59,185 bases of DNA from contig DASRGZ010000038.1 of the NCBI GenBank assembly GCA_035650735.1, forward strand, positions 1 to 59,185, written 5' to 3'. The translations under genes and the position numbers were made by a program. A model generated the notes under the pieces. That model saw only the letters and a list, made by a program, of their open reading frames with translations. It was not told the DNA's origin and ran no database searches. Of the stretch, positions 1 to 9,037 are shown piece after piece. How positions within the stretch are numbered: position 1 is the first letter of the stretch; the number at the start of each line of letters is the position of its first letter. This DNA comes from Chthonomonadaceae bacterium (lineage in GTDB: Bacteria; Armatimonadota; Chthonomonadetes; Chthonomonadales; Chthonomonadaceae).

Positions 1-595
1 CGCCCTGGACGACCTCATCCGGCAGGGCAAGGTGCGCTATATCGGCACCAGCACCTTCGCCGCCTGGCAGGTCGTCGAAAGCCTCTGGGCCTCTAAGGAA
101 TTGGGCCTGAACCGCTTTGTCTGCGAGCAGCCGCCCTATAACCTGCTGGATCGGCGCATCGAGCGGGAGCTGCTGCCCTTCTGCCGCACCTACGGCTTGG
201 GCGTCATTCCCTGGGCGCCCATCGCGGGCGGACTGCTGTCGGGCAAGTATCGGCTCGGCCAGCCGCGCCCGGCAGGCTCTCGCTACGAAAAGGGCGCGTT
301 CATGAACCGGGACAACGACCGGGCGCTGGCACGGGTGGAAGAGTACCTGAAGTTCTGCCAGGAGCGCGGCTATACGCCGGCCCATTTCGCGCTCGCCTGG
401 TGCGCGGCGCAGCCCGGCATCACCGCGCCCATCATCGGCCCGCGCACGATGGAGCAGTTCGAGGACTACCTGAAGGCATTGGAATTAAAGGTCACGGAGG
501 AGGACAACCGGCGCATCAATGAGATCTGTGAGCCGGGAACGCACGTGAGCATGTACTACAACGCGAATTTCGGCCCCAACGCCCGTTGGCAGTAA
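1..595 (+). CDS. Aldo/keto reductase, 5'-truncated by window edge
   Basis: Frame from nt 2 reads ALDDLIRQGKVRYIGTS...EQPPYNLLDRRIERE...IPWAPIAGGLLSGKY, typical AKR motifs. Confidence 0.92.
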   Translation, partial: ALDDLIRQGKVRYIGTSTFAAWQVVESLWASKELGLNRFVCEQPPYNLLDRRIERELLPFCRTYGLGVIPWAPIAGGLLSGKYRLGQPRPAGSRYEKGAFMNRDNDRALARVEEYLKFCQERGYTPAHFALAWCAAQPGITAPIIGPRTMEQFEDYLKALELKVTEEDNRRINEICEPGTHVSMYYNANFGPNARWQ

Positions 596-694
596 GCTCG
601 CACATTGGCGAACAGGGCCTCGGCCAGCCACAATCACTCACTCTTAATAGCGCCTTCGGCAAGTTCCCTGCCCTTTCCTGGCGGTGTTCTTTCC

Positions 695-752
695 GCCCAC
701 GCAGGTGGGTGGCGGGCTATAAGCCCCACAGCGGCAGGGTTTAGCCTGCCGC
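695..752. repeat. REP-like family B unit (GCCCACGYAGGTGGG ... CAGCGGCAGGGTTTAGCCTGCCGC)
   Basis: Near-identical hairpin recurs near 18832, 28922, 29049, 32080, 38052 and 52169. Confidence 0.85.
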
Positions 753-788
753 ATAAAGGATGGCAGAGTTCAAGGAGAAGAGATCATC

Positions 789-1538
789 ATGGGAAAAAAG
801 AACCTCGGCTACGATGATACACCGATCATTCCGGGTACCCAGTACCACGTTCACGACGGCAATCGGCCCCAGCCCCGGATCATCCGTCCCGGCACGGCCA
901 GCACACAGGACAGGCCGGGCGAGCCGCCCTCCGACGCTGTCGTCCTCTTCGATGGAACCGACCTCTCCCAGTGGATAGGCCGGGATGGAGGCGCGGCGCA
1001 GTGGAAGGTGGAAAACGGCTACATGGAGGTCGTGCCCGGCACCGGCGATATCCAGACGCGCGAGTCGTTTGGCGATTGCCAGCTCCATCTGGAGTGGGCC
1101 GCGCCGACGGTCATCAAGGGGGAAAGCCAGGGCCGCGGCAACAGCGGCGTGTTCCTCATGGGCCTGTACGAGATCCAGGTGCTCGACTGCTACGAGAACC
1201 CCACCTATCCCGACGGCACCACCGCCGCCATCTACGGGCAGTTCCCTCCCCTGGTCAACGCCTGCCGCAAGCCCGGCGAGTGGCAGACCTACGACATCCT
1301 CTGGGTCGGCCCGCGCTTTGAAGGCGAGCAGATGGTGCGCCCGGCCAGCGTGACGGTGCTTTTCAACGGCGTCGTGGTGCATCATTGCACCCACCTGCAC
1401 GGCCCTACCCAGCACCGGCAACAGGCCGCCTACCAACCGCATCCCCCAACAGGGCCGCTGCGGCTCCAGGATCACGGCGACCTCGTGCGCTTCCGTAACA
1501 TCTGGTATCGCCCGCTAACCGGCTACGATCAGGGGTAG
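789..1538 (+). CDS. DUF1080 / 3-keto-disaccharide hydrolase family protein
   Basis: PPSDAVVLFDGTDLSQW, FGDCQLHLEW, QGRGNSGVF, YEIQVLD, LQDHGDLVRFRNIW; AAGGAG RBS upstream. Confidence 0.9.
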   Translation: MGKKNLGYDDTPIIPGTQYHVHDGNRPQPRIIRPGTASTQDRPGEPPSDAVVLFDGTDLSQWIGRDGGAAQWKVENGYMEVVPGTGDIQTRESFGDCQLHLEWAAPTVIKGESQGRGNSGVFLMGLYEIQVLDCYENPTYPDGTTAAIYGQFPPLVNACRKPGEWQTYDILWVGPRFEGEQMVRPASVTVLFNGVVVHHCTHLHGPTQHRQQAAYQPHPPTGPLRLQDHGDLVRFRNIWYRPLTGYDQG

Positions 1539-1542
1539 AAAG

Positions 1543-3561
1543 ATGCTGTTTCGCTCTGCGCTTTACCGCTCCCTGCGCCCCGGCCTGATCGCCCTGGCGC
1601 TCACGATGGGCGGCTACGCCCTGCCCTCCGCGCGTGGGCAGGCAGCAGTGGGCCAAGTACAGCTTCGGAAAGAGGCCGCGCTTCCTGGCGACTTCCTCTA
1701 CTGGTTCGTCTCTCCGACAGGCGCCACCTCCAGACCGAAACCGCTGCCCTCTGGCGCCATCGTTCGGCTGGAGACGCCTGCGGAATACAATCAGCCCGAC
1801 GCGCAGCTGCGCGTGCTCGACATCCGGCACGGCAAAATCGCCCACCTGGCGCTGAGCGGCGCGGAGAGCGCCGTCCCTGCGCCAACCCCGCGGCTCGGCC
1901 CCAACCTGCTGCAAAACGCCGATTTTGCCCGTCAGGAACAAAACTGGATGCTGGAGCGCAGCGTGGCGCCGGAGAGCGCCTCCCTGCAATGGCTTGGGGC
2001 CGACGCCGTGCCGCCGGGCGTGGGAGGCCGGGTTGCCCGGATCACGGTAAACACGCCGGACAAGGAGAACTGGCACGTCCAGTTCTACCAGAAGGGCCTG
2101 GATCTGGCGAAGGGCGAGCCGTATACGCTCACTTTCTGGGCCAGGGCGGATCGCGTGCGCCCGCTGGCGGTTCATGCCAACGTGGCAGCCGAGGACGGGC
2201 ACGGCATCGGCCTGGCCGCCGACCAGATCGTGCTTACCCCCGAATGGCGCAAACTCACCTTCGTCTTTACGCCCACGCGCACGCTGCCGGGCCACAATCG
2301 CCTGACGTTCCTGCTGGGCGATGCCGTCGGCGCCGTGGACCTGGCGGGCCTTGCCCTCCAACACGGCAGGGCCGGGCGCCCCTCCGGCCTCAATCTTCTG
2401 CGCAACGCCCTCTTCGCAGAAAACCTGGAAAACTGGGTGGCCCAGAGCGCTCCGCCTCCGGCCAGCGCCACGATGAGCGCGCGGACGCCTCAGCCCGCGC
2501 CGCCGGGCGTTCCCAGCAAGGCCGTCCATATTGCGGTGGCGGCCCTCGGCAAGGAGAACTGGCATATTCAGCTCTATCAAGCCGGGCTGAACCTGGCCGA
2601 GGATGCGCCCTATACGCTCACCTTTTGGGCACGCGCAGATCGCCCCCGTCCCCTCTCCGTTCAGGCTGCGCTGGATAGGCAAGACTGGCATAACGTCGGC
2701 CTGAACGCCGAACGGATTCCCCTGACGACCGCCTGGCAGAAGTTCACACTCTCCTTTACGGCCCACCGTACCCTGCCCGACCACAACCGCCTGATCTTCA
2801 TCCTCGGCGACGCCCTGGGCGCTGTAGACCTGGCCGGCCTTGCTCTGCAACGCGACCAGGACCCGGACGCGCTCCGGGATGCCGGCGGCGAGCCGGTTCT
2901 GACGCTCAAACAGGGCGACTTTCGCTATGCGCAGGCGGTGAACGTACCGGTACGGTATCAGGGCAGGCCGGTACGGAAGCTGACGGTGGCCCTGCACTAT
3001 CGTGATAAGCAGCAGGCGGAGTATCGGATTCAGCCAAAGGATCGGGGCGTGGCGCGCTTTAGCGATGTTCCCCTGGATGAAAAGCTGACTTTCACGGTGA
3101 GCGATGGCAGGCGGACGGCCTCCTTTGCGCGTATCGTCGCCCCGGACGCGCCGCGCCTGGTGCAGGAGATCAGCCTCCCGGAGAACTGGGCCGGCACGCC
3201 TACCCTTCCAGGCAGGCCGGCACGCGCACTGACAAGCAAACCGCCAGGCGAAGCCGTCTTGCATGGCTCCCATCCGCTGGTCGGCATCTGGGAGAGCCGC
3301 GCCTCTGGTTCCACGAGCGGGTACTTTTTTACGTTTAACGCCGACGGCACTGGCTCTATCCAGATCGGCGCGGAACCGATGCCGAACGGCGCACCGCACG
3401 CCCCCGTCGCCAACCCGTTTCGCTGGTACCTCACGGAGGGCGGCAAGCGCCTGGTCATCGGCGCGCGCACCTATTCCTGGGTCATTCGCGGCTCCGGCTC
3501 GGCCCGGGAGTTGGTTTTGACCGATAAGAGCGGTAAGACGCGCGTGCTCTACCGCCGCTGA
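1543..3561 (+). CDS. Secreted protein with two tandem CBM4/9-like carbohydrate-binding modules
   Basis: Signal-peptide-like N terminus; two highly similar modules NLLxNAxF...ENWHxQxYQ...YTLTFWARADR...GAVDLAGLALQ (nt ~1903-2362 and ~2392-2850). Confidence 0.8.
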   Translation: MLFRSALYRSLRPGLIALALTMGGYALPSARGQAAVGQVQLRKEAALPGDFLYWFVSPTGATSRPKPLPSGAIVRLETPAEYNQPDAQLRVLDIRHGKIAHLALSGAESAVPAPTPRLGPNLLQNADFARQEQNWMLERSVAPESASLQWLGADAVPPGVGGRVARITVNTPDKENWHVQFYQKGLDLAKGEPYTLTFWARADRVRPLAVHANVAAEDGHGIGLAADQIVLTPEWRKLTFVFTPTRTLPGHNRLTFLLGDAVGAVDLAGLALQHGRAGRPSGLNLLRNALFAENLENWVAQSAPPPASATMSARTPQPAPPGVPSKAVHIAVAALGKENWHIQLYQAGLNLAEDAPYTLTFWARADRPRPLSVQAALDRQDWHNVGLNAERIPLTTAWQKFTLSFTAHRTLPDHNRLIFILGDALGAVDLAGLALQRDQDPDALRDAGGEPVLTLKQGDFRYAQAVNVPVRYQGRPVRKLTVALHYRDKQQAEYRIQPKDRGVARFSDVPLDEKLTFTVSDGRRTASFARIVAPDAPRLVQEISLPENWAGTPTLPGRPARALTSKPPGEAVLHGSHPLVGIWESRASGSTSGYFFTFNADGTGSIQIGAEPMPNGAPHAPVANPFRWYLTEGGKRLVIGARTYSWVIRGSGSARELVLTDKSGKTRVLYRR

Positions 3562-3652
3562 TCGCGTGTCAGCGGCACAGATATAACTACCTACGAGTTG
3601 GCACCTATCTGCGCTCTGCCGGGACGCAGAAGCGCATGCAAGGAGCAGCACC

Positions 3653-4744
3653 ATGACGGACAATCCTTCTGAGGCCCTGACCGACCTGGGGCGTCTTCTT
3701 CAGGAGCAGCTGGCACGAAAGGATGAGCGCATCGCCATGCTGGAGGCGCTGCTGGAGGAGGCACAGCGGCAGACGGCAGCCGCCTCTTCCGGCCCAACGC
3801 CGCCGAATAGCACGAACACGCAAGCGCCTGATCCTGCCATGCCGCCGCCCCCACCGGCACGGGAGCCGCAGGTTCCCTCTTCCGACACGGCGCAGGCCAT
3901 TATCCGACCCTATTCCCCGGACGCTCTGAATGGTCACGCCAAGCAAGCGGCGGTCACGCCGCTGCCGGATCTCGGACCACAGATAGATGCGATCGCCGAC
4001 GTCATCCTCGCCACAGCCGCCTCCCGCACGGCAGAGGTGCCTGCCCCAGCTCCCGCAGACAATGAGCCGAACCCAACCGTAGCGAGAGAAGGGACCGGCT
4101 CCCAGCAACGAGCGGCGGCTCCCGAAGGAAGCGAGCCGACCCTGCGCATGGATAGCGAGATACTGAGCCGGGGCCATGCAGCCCTCGCAGCAGAAAGCAG
4201 CCTGACAGGGAAGATGCCCCGCCGGAAGTTGGCCGCGCTGGTGGCCGGCACGACGCTGATCCTCGGCCTGTCGGCCACCTTCCTTTGGATTCGCAGCGCG
4301 TTTGTGCTGTACACGGATACCATTGGCGCCCTGCCGCCGTCGCCTCAAGAGCAGGCGCAGCCGCCTGTAGCGGCCCCGCAGCCTGTCGCCGCTGCGCCCG
4401 CGCTTACGGCCAGGTCCGCTAACATGGCGATCCCGGCGCATCCCGAAGCCGTGCCTGCCCCTCGCGCGAGCGCACGCGCGCATCCCCTCTCTCTCAACCG
4501 GCCCATGCCTCAACCTTCTCTTGCGCAGCCACAGGCGGCAGCCCTGTCGCCGCACTATCACCGCCTGTACCTACCAGGCCCGCACCGCCAAGTGCTGACC
4601 AGATATTCTTTTCACCGGGCAGTTCCTGTCTTGCCGCCAAAAGGGAGGGCACGCCCTCCTTATCGCCGCACGCCCTCTCAGGCGCAAGAACGGGACTTTG
4701 GCTTCGATAAAAACGTCAACAAGCTGCTCGATAGCCTGCCGTAA
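3653..4744 (+). CDS. Hypothetical Pro/Ala-rich single-pass membrane protein with N-terminal coiled coil
   Basis: AAGGAG RBS; LQEQLARKDERIAMLEALLEEAQRQ heptads; hydrophobic LAALVAGTTLILGLSATFLWI. Confidence 0.65.
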   Translation: MTDNPSEALTDLGRLLQEQLARKDERIAMLEALLEEAQRQTAAASSGPTPPNSTNTQAPDPAMPPPPPAREPQVPSSDTAQAIIRPYSPDALNGHAKQAAVTPLPDLGPQIDAIADVILATAASRTAEVPAPAPADNEPNPTVAREGTGSQQRAAAPEGSEPTLRMDSEILSRGHAALAAESSLTGKMPRRKLAALVAGTTLILGLSATFLWIRSAFVLYTDTIGALPPSPQEQAQPPVAAPQPVAAAPALTARSANMAIPAHPEAVPAPRASARAHPLSLNRPMPQPSLAQPQAAALSPHYHRLYLPGPHRQVLTRYSFHRAVPVLPPKGRARPPYRRTPSQAQERDFGFDKNVNKLLDSLP

Positions 4745-4775
4745 TGATTCCGAGAAAGCACGGCGTCTTTGCTTC

Positions 4776-4805
4776 TTGACAGGCGGCTACGGGCGGCGTT
4801 ATAAT
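4776..4805 (+). promoter_or_regulatory. Consensus sigma70 promoter
   Basis: TTGACA (4776-4781), 18-bp spacer, TATAAT (4800-4805) in GC-rich context just after the upstream stop. Confidence 0.8.
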
Positions 4806-4875
4806 GGGCGTGGGCGGCAAGCCCATACCCTCTAGGTTGCGACCGGCAACCAAATCCAACCGGTAGAAAGGGACA

Positions 4876-5139
4876 ATGCATGGTGATCGTCCGCTAACAG
4901 CAACGCCAGAACCTTCTCAGACACGGCGCTCGGAAACCGCTTTCGGGCCGTGCCTGCGCTCTCGGCGTGCTGCAGGGCGATCGGACCTGCGGGCGAAAGC
5001 ACATCCGTTCTTTGCCTCCCTTTCTATTCCGTTCCAGACCGCGATTCGGCCACGCGTTTCCACCGTTCTTGCGCCCTGGCACAAGAACGGTTTTATTTTG
5101 TCTAGCCGAAATCCGATCACCTGTCGCCAGGGGGCCTGA
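4876..5139 (+). CDS. Putative leader ORF (87 codons) of the TrmH gene
   Basis: AGAAAGGGA SD before ATG; stop ends 1 nt before the ATG at 5141; no recognisable protein family. Confidence 0.35.
   Translation: MHGDRPLTATPEPSQTRRSETAFGPCLRSRRAAGRSDLRAKAHPFFASLSIPFQTAIRPRVSTVLAPWHKNGFILSSRNPITCRQGA
5062..5099 (+). terminator. Intrinsic terminator / attenuator upstream of TrmH
   Basis: Perfect 10-bp stem ACCGTTCTTG (5062-5071)/CAAGAACGGT (5082-5091) followed by TTTATTTT. Confidence 0.75.
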
Positions 5140-5140
5140 A

Positions 5141-5995
5141 ATGGCCCAGGAAAGCATGACGCCTATTGAGAACAGACCGAAATTCATCTCCAGCCGCAAC
5201 GATCTTCGTATCAAACGGAGACGCGACCTCCAGCGGCGCGAGGAACGCGACCGCACGCGCCTCTACTTTATTGACGGCATCCGTTTCCTGTTTCAGGCCA
5301 CACAGATGCAGGTGCCGCTCGAAACGCTGCTCTATGCCCCGAAACTGCTCACGAACCCGGTGGGGCAGAAGCTCGTGCGCCAGCAACGGCGCATTGGAAC
5401 GCCCTGCCTGGAGGTGCCGCCGAAGGTCTACCATAGTGTCTCGCTGGCCGAGGAGCCGCAGGGAGTCGGCGCGGTCGTGCGCCAGCGGTGGGAAAAGCTG
5501 GAGACCATCCGGCCCGCGAGCGAACTCTGCTGGGCCGCCGTGGAGAGAGCGCAGTCGCCCGGCAACCTCGGCACGATCATCCGCACCAGTGAGGCGGTTG
5601 GCGGCGCGGGCCTGATTCTGCTGGACGAGGCCACCGACCCGTATGACCCGGCCACCGTGCGCGCCACGATGGGAGCCACCTTTTCCCAGCGGTTCGTGCG
5701 GGCCCCGTTGACGGAGTTGGCCGAGTGGAAGCAGCGGTATCGGTGCTTTCTCGCCGGCACCTCGCCCTCCGCCGCGACGGACTACCACGCGATCTCCTAC
5801 CCGCCGCCCACCGTGCTGTTCATGGGCGGCGAACGGCAGGGATTGTCGCCGCAATGTCAGGCGCTGTGCGATGTGATAGTCAAAATTCCGATGGTCGGCG
5901 CCTGCGATTCGCTCAATCTGGCGGTCGCCACGAGCGTGATGCTCTACGAGCTCTTCAACCAACATCGTGCGGCGCGCTCCCAGGGACACAACTAA
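5141..5995 (+). CDS. SpoU/TrmH family RNA 2'-O-methyltransferase (alternative start 5156)
   Basis: SPOUT motifs PGNLGTIIRT, VRATMG, LFMGGERQGLS, VKIPMVGACDSLNLAVATSVMLYE; N-terminal substrate-binding domain. Confidence 0.92.
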   Translation: MAQESMTPIENRPKFISSRNDLRIKRRRDLQRREERDRTRLYFIDGIRFLFQATQMQVPLETLLYAPKLLTNPVGQKLVRQQRRIGTPCLEVPPKVYHSVSLAEEPQGVGAVVRQRWEKLETIRPASELCWAAVERAQSPGNLGTIIRTSEAVGGAGLILLDEATDPYDPATVRATMGATFSQRFVRAPLTELAEWKQRYRCFLAGTSPSAATDYHAISYPPPTVLFMGGERQGLSPQCQALCDVIVKIPMVGACDSLNLAVATSVMLYELFNQHRAARSQGHN

Positions 5996-6179
5996 AGGAG
6001 TGTATCCACCATGTCAGGGTCGTTCCGAACACGGAAAGGAGGAGTCCGGGGCTAGTCCGGGAATCTATCAGGCAGCGCAGCGTAGCTCGACTACTCACGT
6101 TGCCTTCCCACCGAACTTCTAACGGTCACGCTCGGCAAAAAGGATTTTCGCTCCGCTGCAAAGCAGGAGACCCATAACG

Positions 6180-7172
6180 ATGCCTCTATCGCTGCTGACA
6201 CTGCTGGCTCTTTCCGGTGCGCCCTCGGAGGTCAAGATCGCGCTGGCGGAACCGCCCCGGCGTATCGTCACCGACGCGGGCGCGGGCGGCTACCAGGCGT
6301 TCCCGGATGTCTGCCGCCTGAAGAGCGGCGATCTGCTCTGCGTCTTCTATGCCGGATATGGGCACGTCTCGCATCCCAACGCCAGCCTGCCAAACGGCGG
6401 GCGCATCTGCGCCGTGCGCTCCGCCGATGAGGGCCGGACCTGGAGCGCCCCCTGGATGGTGGCGGACACGCCCAAAGACGACCGCGACCCCTCCGTCTGC
6501 TGCCTGCCCGACGGCACGCTCCTTTGCAACTTCTTCACCTACGGCCCGCATGGCGAGTGCGATACCTGCCTCGCGCGCTCCCTCGACGGCGGCAAGACCT
6601 GGAGCGGACCGGAGATCATTCTGCCCGGCTATGCCACCTCCACGCCGATACGCCGCCTGCGGTCGGGACGGCTGGCGCTGCCGGTCTACATGGTGGATGG
6701 CGGCGGCAAGCGGGCCTTCGCGGCGGTCTGTCTCTCCGACGATCACGGCAAGACCTGGAGCGCGCCCCACCCTATCGGCCTGGACGCGGGCAAGGTGCTG
6801 GACGAGACGGACGTTTTCGAGCGTAAGGAGGGAACGCTGCTGGCAGTGATGCGTGAGGTGATGTGCGGCGCGGAGTCCCACGACGGTGGCAAGACCTGGG
6901 GGCCGGTCTATGACCTGGGCTTTCCCGGCCACTGCCCCTATCTGCTAATGACGCGCAATGGCGTCCTCCTGATGGCGCATCGCCTGCCGAATACGGCCCT
7001 GCACTACAGCACGGATGAGGGCCGCACCTGGCACGGCCCCATCATCATAGATAACGTCATCGGCGCCTATCCCAGCCTGGTTCAGCTCAAGGATGGGCGC
7101 GTTCTCTGCGTCTATTACGAGGAGGGGGCCAACTCAGCGATACGCGCCGTGACGCTGCACGTCGAAAACTAA
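6180..7172 (+). CDS. BNR-repeat (Asp-box) exo-sialidase family protein, probably secreted
   Basis: Five Asp boxes (SADEGRTW, SLDGGKTW, SDDHGKTW, SHDGGKTW, STDEGRTW); AFP motif; hydrophobic N terminus. Confidence 0.85.
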   Translation: MPLSLLTLLALSGAPSEVKIALAEPPRRIVTDAGAGGYQAFPDVCRLKSGDLLCVFYAGYGHVSHPNASLPNGGRICAVRSADEGRTWSAPWMVADTPKDDRDPSVCCLPDGTLLCNFFTYGPHGECDTCLARSLDGGKTWSGPEIILPGYATSTPIRRLRSGRLALPVYMVDGGGKRAFAAVCLSDDHGKTWSAPHPIGLDAGKVLDETDVFERKEGTLLAVMREVMCGAESHDGGKTWGPVYDLGFPGHCPYLLMTRNGVLLMAHRLPNTALHYSTDEGRTWHGPIIIDNVIGAYPSLVQLKDGRVLCVYYEEGANSAIRAVTLHVEN

Positions 7173-7277
7173 CGCAGAATCTAAAGCATGGAGCATTCGG
7201 CTGGGCGCACCAGCCACTCGCCTTCAAAGTGCGGGCCGACCTGGAGCATCTATCGAGACGGAGTGAAGGAGGAACGC

Positions 7278-7619
7278 ATGGAAACGGATAACCTGGTTTC
7301 CCTGGATGGTTTGACGCTGCACGTGCAGGACGTGGAGCGTTCGGTGCAGTTCTACTCGCGCATTCCGGGCGCCGTTCTGGTGCATCACCGTCCCGGCCAG
7401 TTCGCGCTGTTCCAATTTGGCAAAGGATGTCTGGGGCTACTGCAAGTGGGCGGGGGCTTCCATGCCGAACTGGAGACTGCCGACCTGGATGCGATGTACG
7501 CGCAACTGCGAGCCGCAGGCATTGAACCGGAAAGCCCCCCTGCAAAACGTCCCTGGGGCGAGACCGATTTCCTGGTCAAAGATCCCGACGGCAATCTGCT
7601 TGAGTTCCAGGCGCACTGA
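7278..7619 (+). CDS. VOC / glyoxalase family protein
   Basis: LHVQDVERSVQFY ... PWGETDFLVKDPDGNLLEF; AAGGAGG RBS before ATG 7278. Confidence 0.9.
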   Translation: METDNLVSLDGLTLHVQDVERSVQFYSRIPGAVLVHHRPGQFALFQFGKGCLGLLQVGGGFHAELETADLDAMYAQLRAAGIEPESPPAKRPWGETDFLVKDPDGNLLEFQAH

Positions 7620-7687
7620 GGAGGCGAGGCAGAGCAGAGGGAAGCCTGAACAGCGCTTGCCCTTGCCGAATATGGCGGGAATTGAGG

Positions 7688-7710
7688 TATCCTATCTTAC
7701 AGAAAGGATA
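7688..7710. promoter_or_regulatory. Imperfect palindrome, candidate operator
   Basis: TATCCTATCT-TAC-AGAAAGGATA, 9 of 10 positions symmetric, about 30 bp upstream of ATG 7739. Confidence 0.4.
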
Positions 7711-7738
7711 TTCTGGCTCGGCAGGTAAGCAAACTGCG

Positions 7739-8179
7739 ATGGGACGTCGGTGGCTGGCAATAGCGATGATCTGGAGCCTGTTGGCGAATTTGTGGTTCTT
7801 TTCGCCAATGCCTCACCCTGCCGCCGGGAAAGCACCGCGCCTCCCCACGTCCGCACCCGCCTGTTGCTGTAGACCGGGTTCCTGCCGCATGGTCGGCTGT
7901 CCCGGAAACCCGCTGGCTTCCTCCCGCCGACCTGGTATTGCCTCGTGCGCCTTGAGCGCCTGCCGTCCGCTGTCCGACAGTTTGCCGGCGAAAAGCGTTA
8001 TGGAGGCGCCTGTGCCGCCCGGCCCAACGCTGCCAATGCCCCATAGCGGGCGTGCGCTGCGGCCTGTCTGGAAGCGCTTCGCCCTCCGTGCCTTCTCCGC
8101 CGATCCGCCCGAGCAACCGCCGCGTGTGCTGATTCAGTCCGTTACACGATTCCTGACTCATCACACCGGAGGTTGCTAA
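7739..8179 (+). CDS. Cys-rich exported protein, DUF2946-like architecture
   Basis: Hydrophobic N terminus, CCC-x4-C-x4-C and C-x4-C clusters, late DPPEQPPR motif; stop 2 nt before the next ATG. Confidence 0.55.
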   Translation: MGRRWLAIAMIWSLLANLWFFSPMPHPAAGKAPRLPTSAPACCCRPGSCRMVGCPGNPLASSRRPGIASCALSACRPLSDSLPAKSVMEAPVPPGPTLPMPHSGRALRPVWKRFALRAFSADPPEQPPRVLIQSVTRFLTHHTGGC

Positions 8180-8181
8180 CC

Positions 8182-8820
8182 ATGAGACTATCTCAGTCTG
8201 AGCGCGCGCCTCAGCGCGCCTTCACGTTGATCGAGCTGCTTGTCGTCATTGCCATTATTGCGGTGCTTGCCGCTATCCTCTTTCCGGTTTTCGCCCAGGC
8301 CCGCGAGAAGGCCCGGCAAACGGTCTGTCTTTCCAACATGAAGCAGATCGCCCTCGGCATCTACATGTATGCCCAGGACTACGACGAGACCCTGCCGACC
8401 ACGGCAGACGACGGACGCCTAAGTTGGATTGATCAGATCGTGCCCTACGTGAAGAACGACCAGATTCGCCGCTGCCCTTCCGACTCGGGATTCGCATTGC
8501 ATCCCGAGCATAAAAGCAGCTATGGCGTCAATAACTACTTCGGTTTAGGGATGTCGCTGGCGGCCATTTCGACGCCTTCCGATACCATCTACGCCGCCGA
8601 ACTAGTCGGTGAGAACGAGGACGACCATTTCCATCCGATGTACTGGGGCAATGTGCCGGACAACGATTGGGCCTGGCGGAACGGCAAACCGACCGAAGTA
8701 GCTTATGCCCGGCACAACGGAGGAGCCAACTATGCCTTCCTGGATAACCATGCCAAATGGCTCCGGTTTGAAATGACCTATAACCCGCCTGCCGTAAATG
8801 CATACGTCCCCAATCCATAA
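8182..8820 (+). CDS. Prepilin-type N-terminal cleavage/methylation protein (DUF1559 / H-X9-DG family)
   Basis: [45 protein letters not shown]-terminal [17 protein letters not shown] (H-X9-DN variant); GGAGG RBS. Confidence 0.93.
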   Translation: MRLSQSERAPQRAFTLIELLVVIAIIAVLAAILFPVFAQAREKARQTVCLSNMKQIALGIYMYAQDYDETLPTTADDGRLSWIDQIVPYVKNDQIRRCPSDSGFALHPEHKSSYGVNNYFGLGMSLAAISTPSDTIYAAELVGENEDDHFHPMYWGNVPDNDWAWRNGKPTEVAYARHNGGANYAFLDNHAKWLRFEMTYNPPAVNAYVPNP

Positions 8821-8827
8821 AACAAAG

Positions 8828-9029
8828 GGATACCGTTGGCGAATTCAGAACCGGCTAGAATTGGACCTTACGCTTCCCCTCGGGTAATCCCTCCCAACGG
8901 TGTTGACGTATCTCCTCAGCAGCAGGCTGCGGGAGATTGATCCACACGGCTGGGAGTGTCTATCTCCCCTCGGATCGAACAGCCGAAGCTCACGTTGAGA
9001 CGGCAATTACGAATTCGCCAACGGTATCC
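8828..9029. mobile_element. 202-bp non-coding element bounded by a perfect 19-bp inverted repeat (MITE-like or invertible)
   Basis: GGATACCGTTGGCGAATTC (8828-8846) and its exact reverse complement at 9011-9029. Confidence 0.6.
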
Positions 9030-9037
9030 AAAAGCAA

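Noticed and set aside
1405..3663. Long antisense ORFs, e.g. 1405-3663 (-), 15924-17288 (+), 26789-28420 (+), 36108-37802 (-)
   Set aside because: Shadow ORFs opposite well-supported genes, expected from high-GC codon bias; no motifs.
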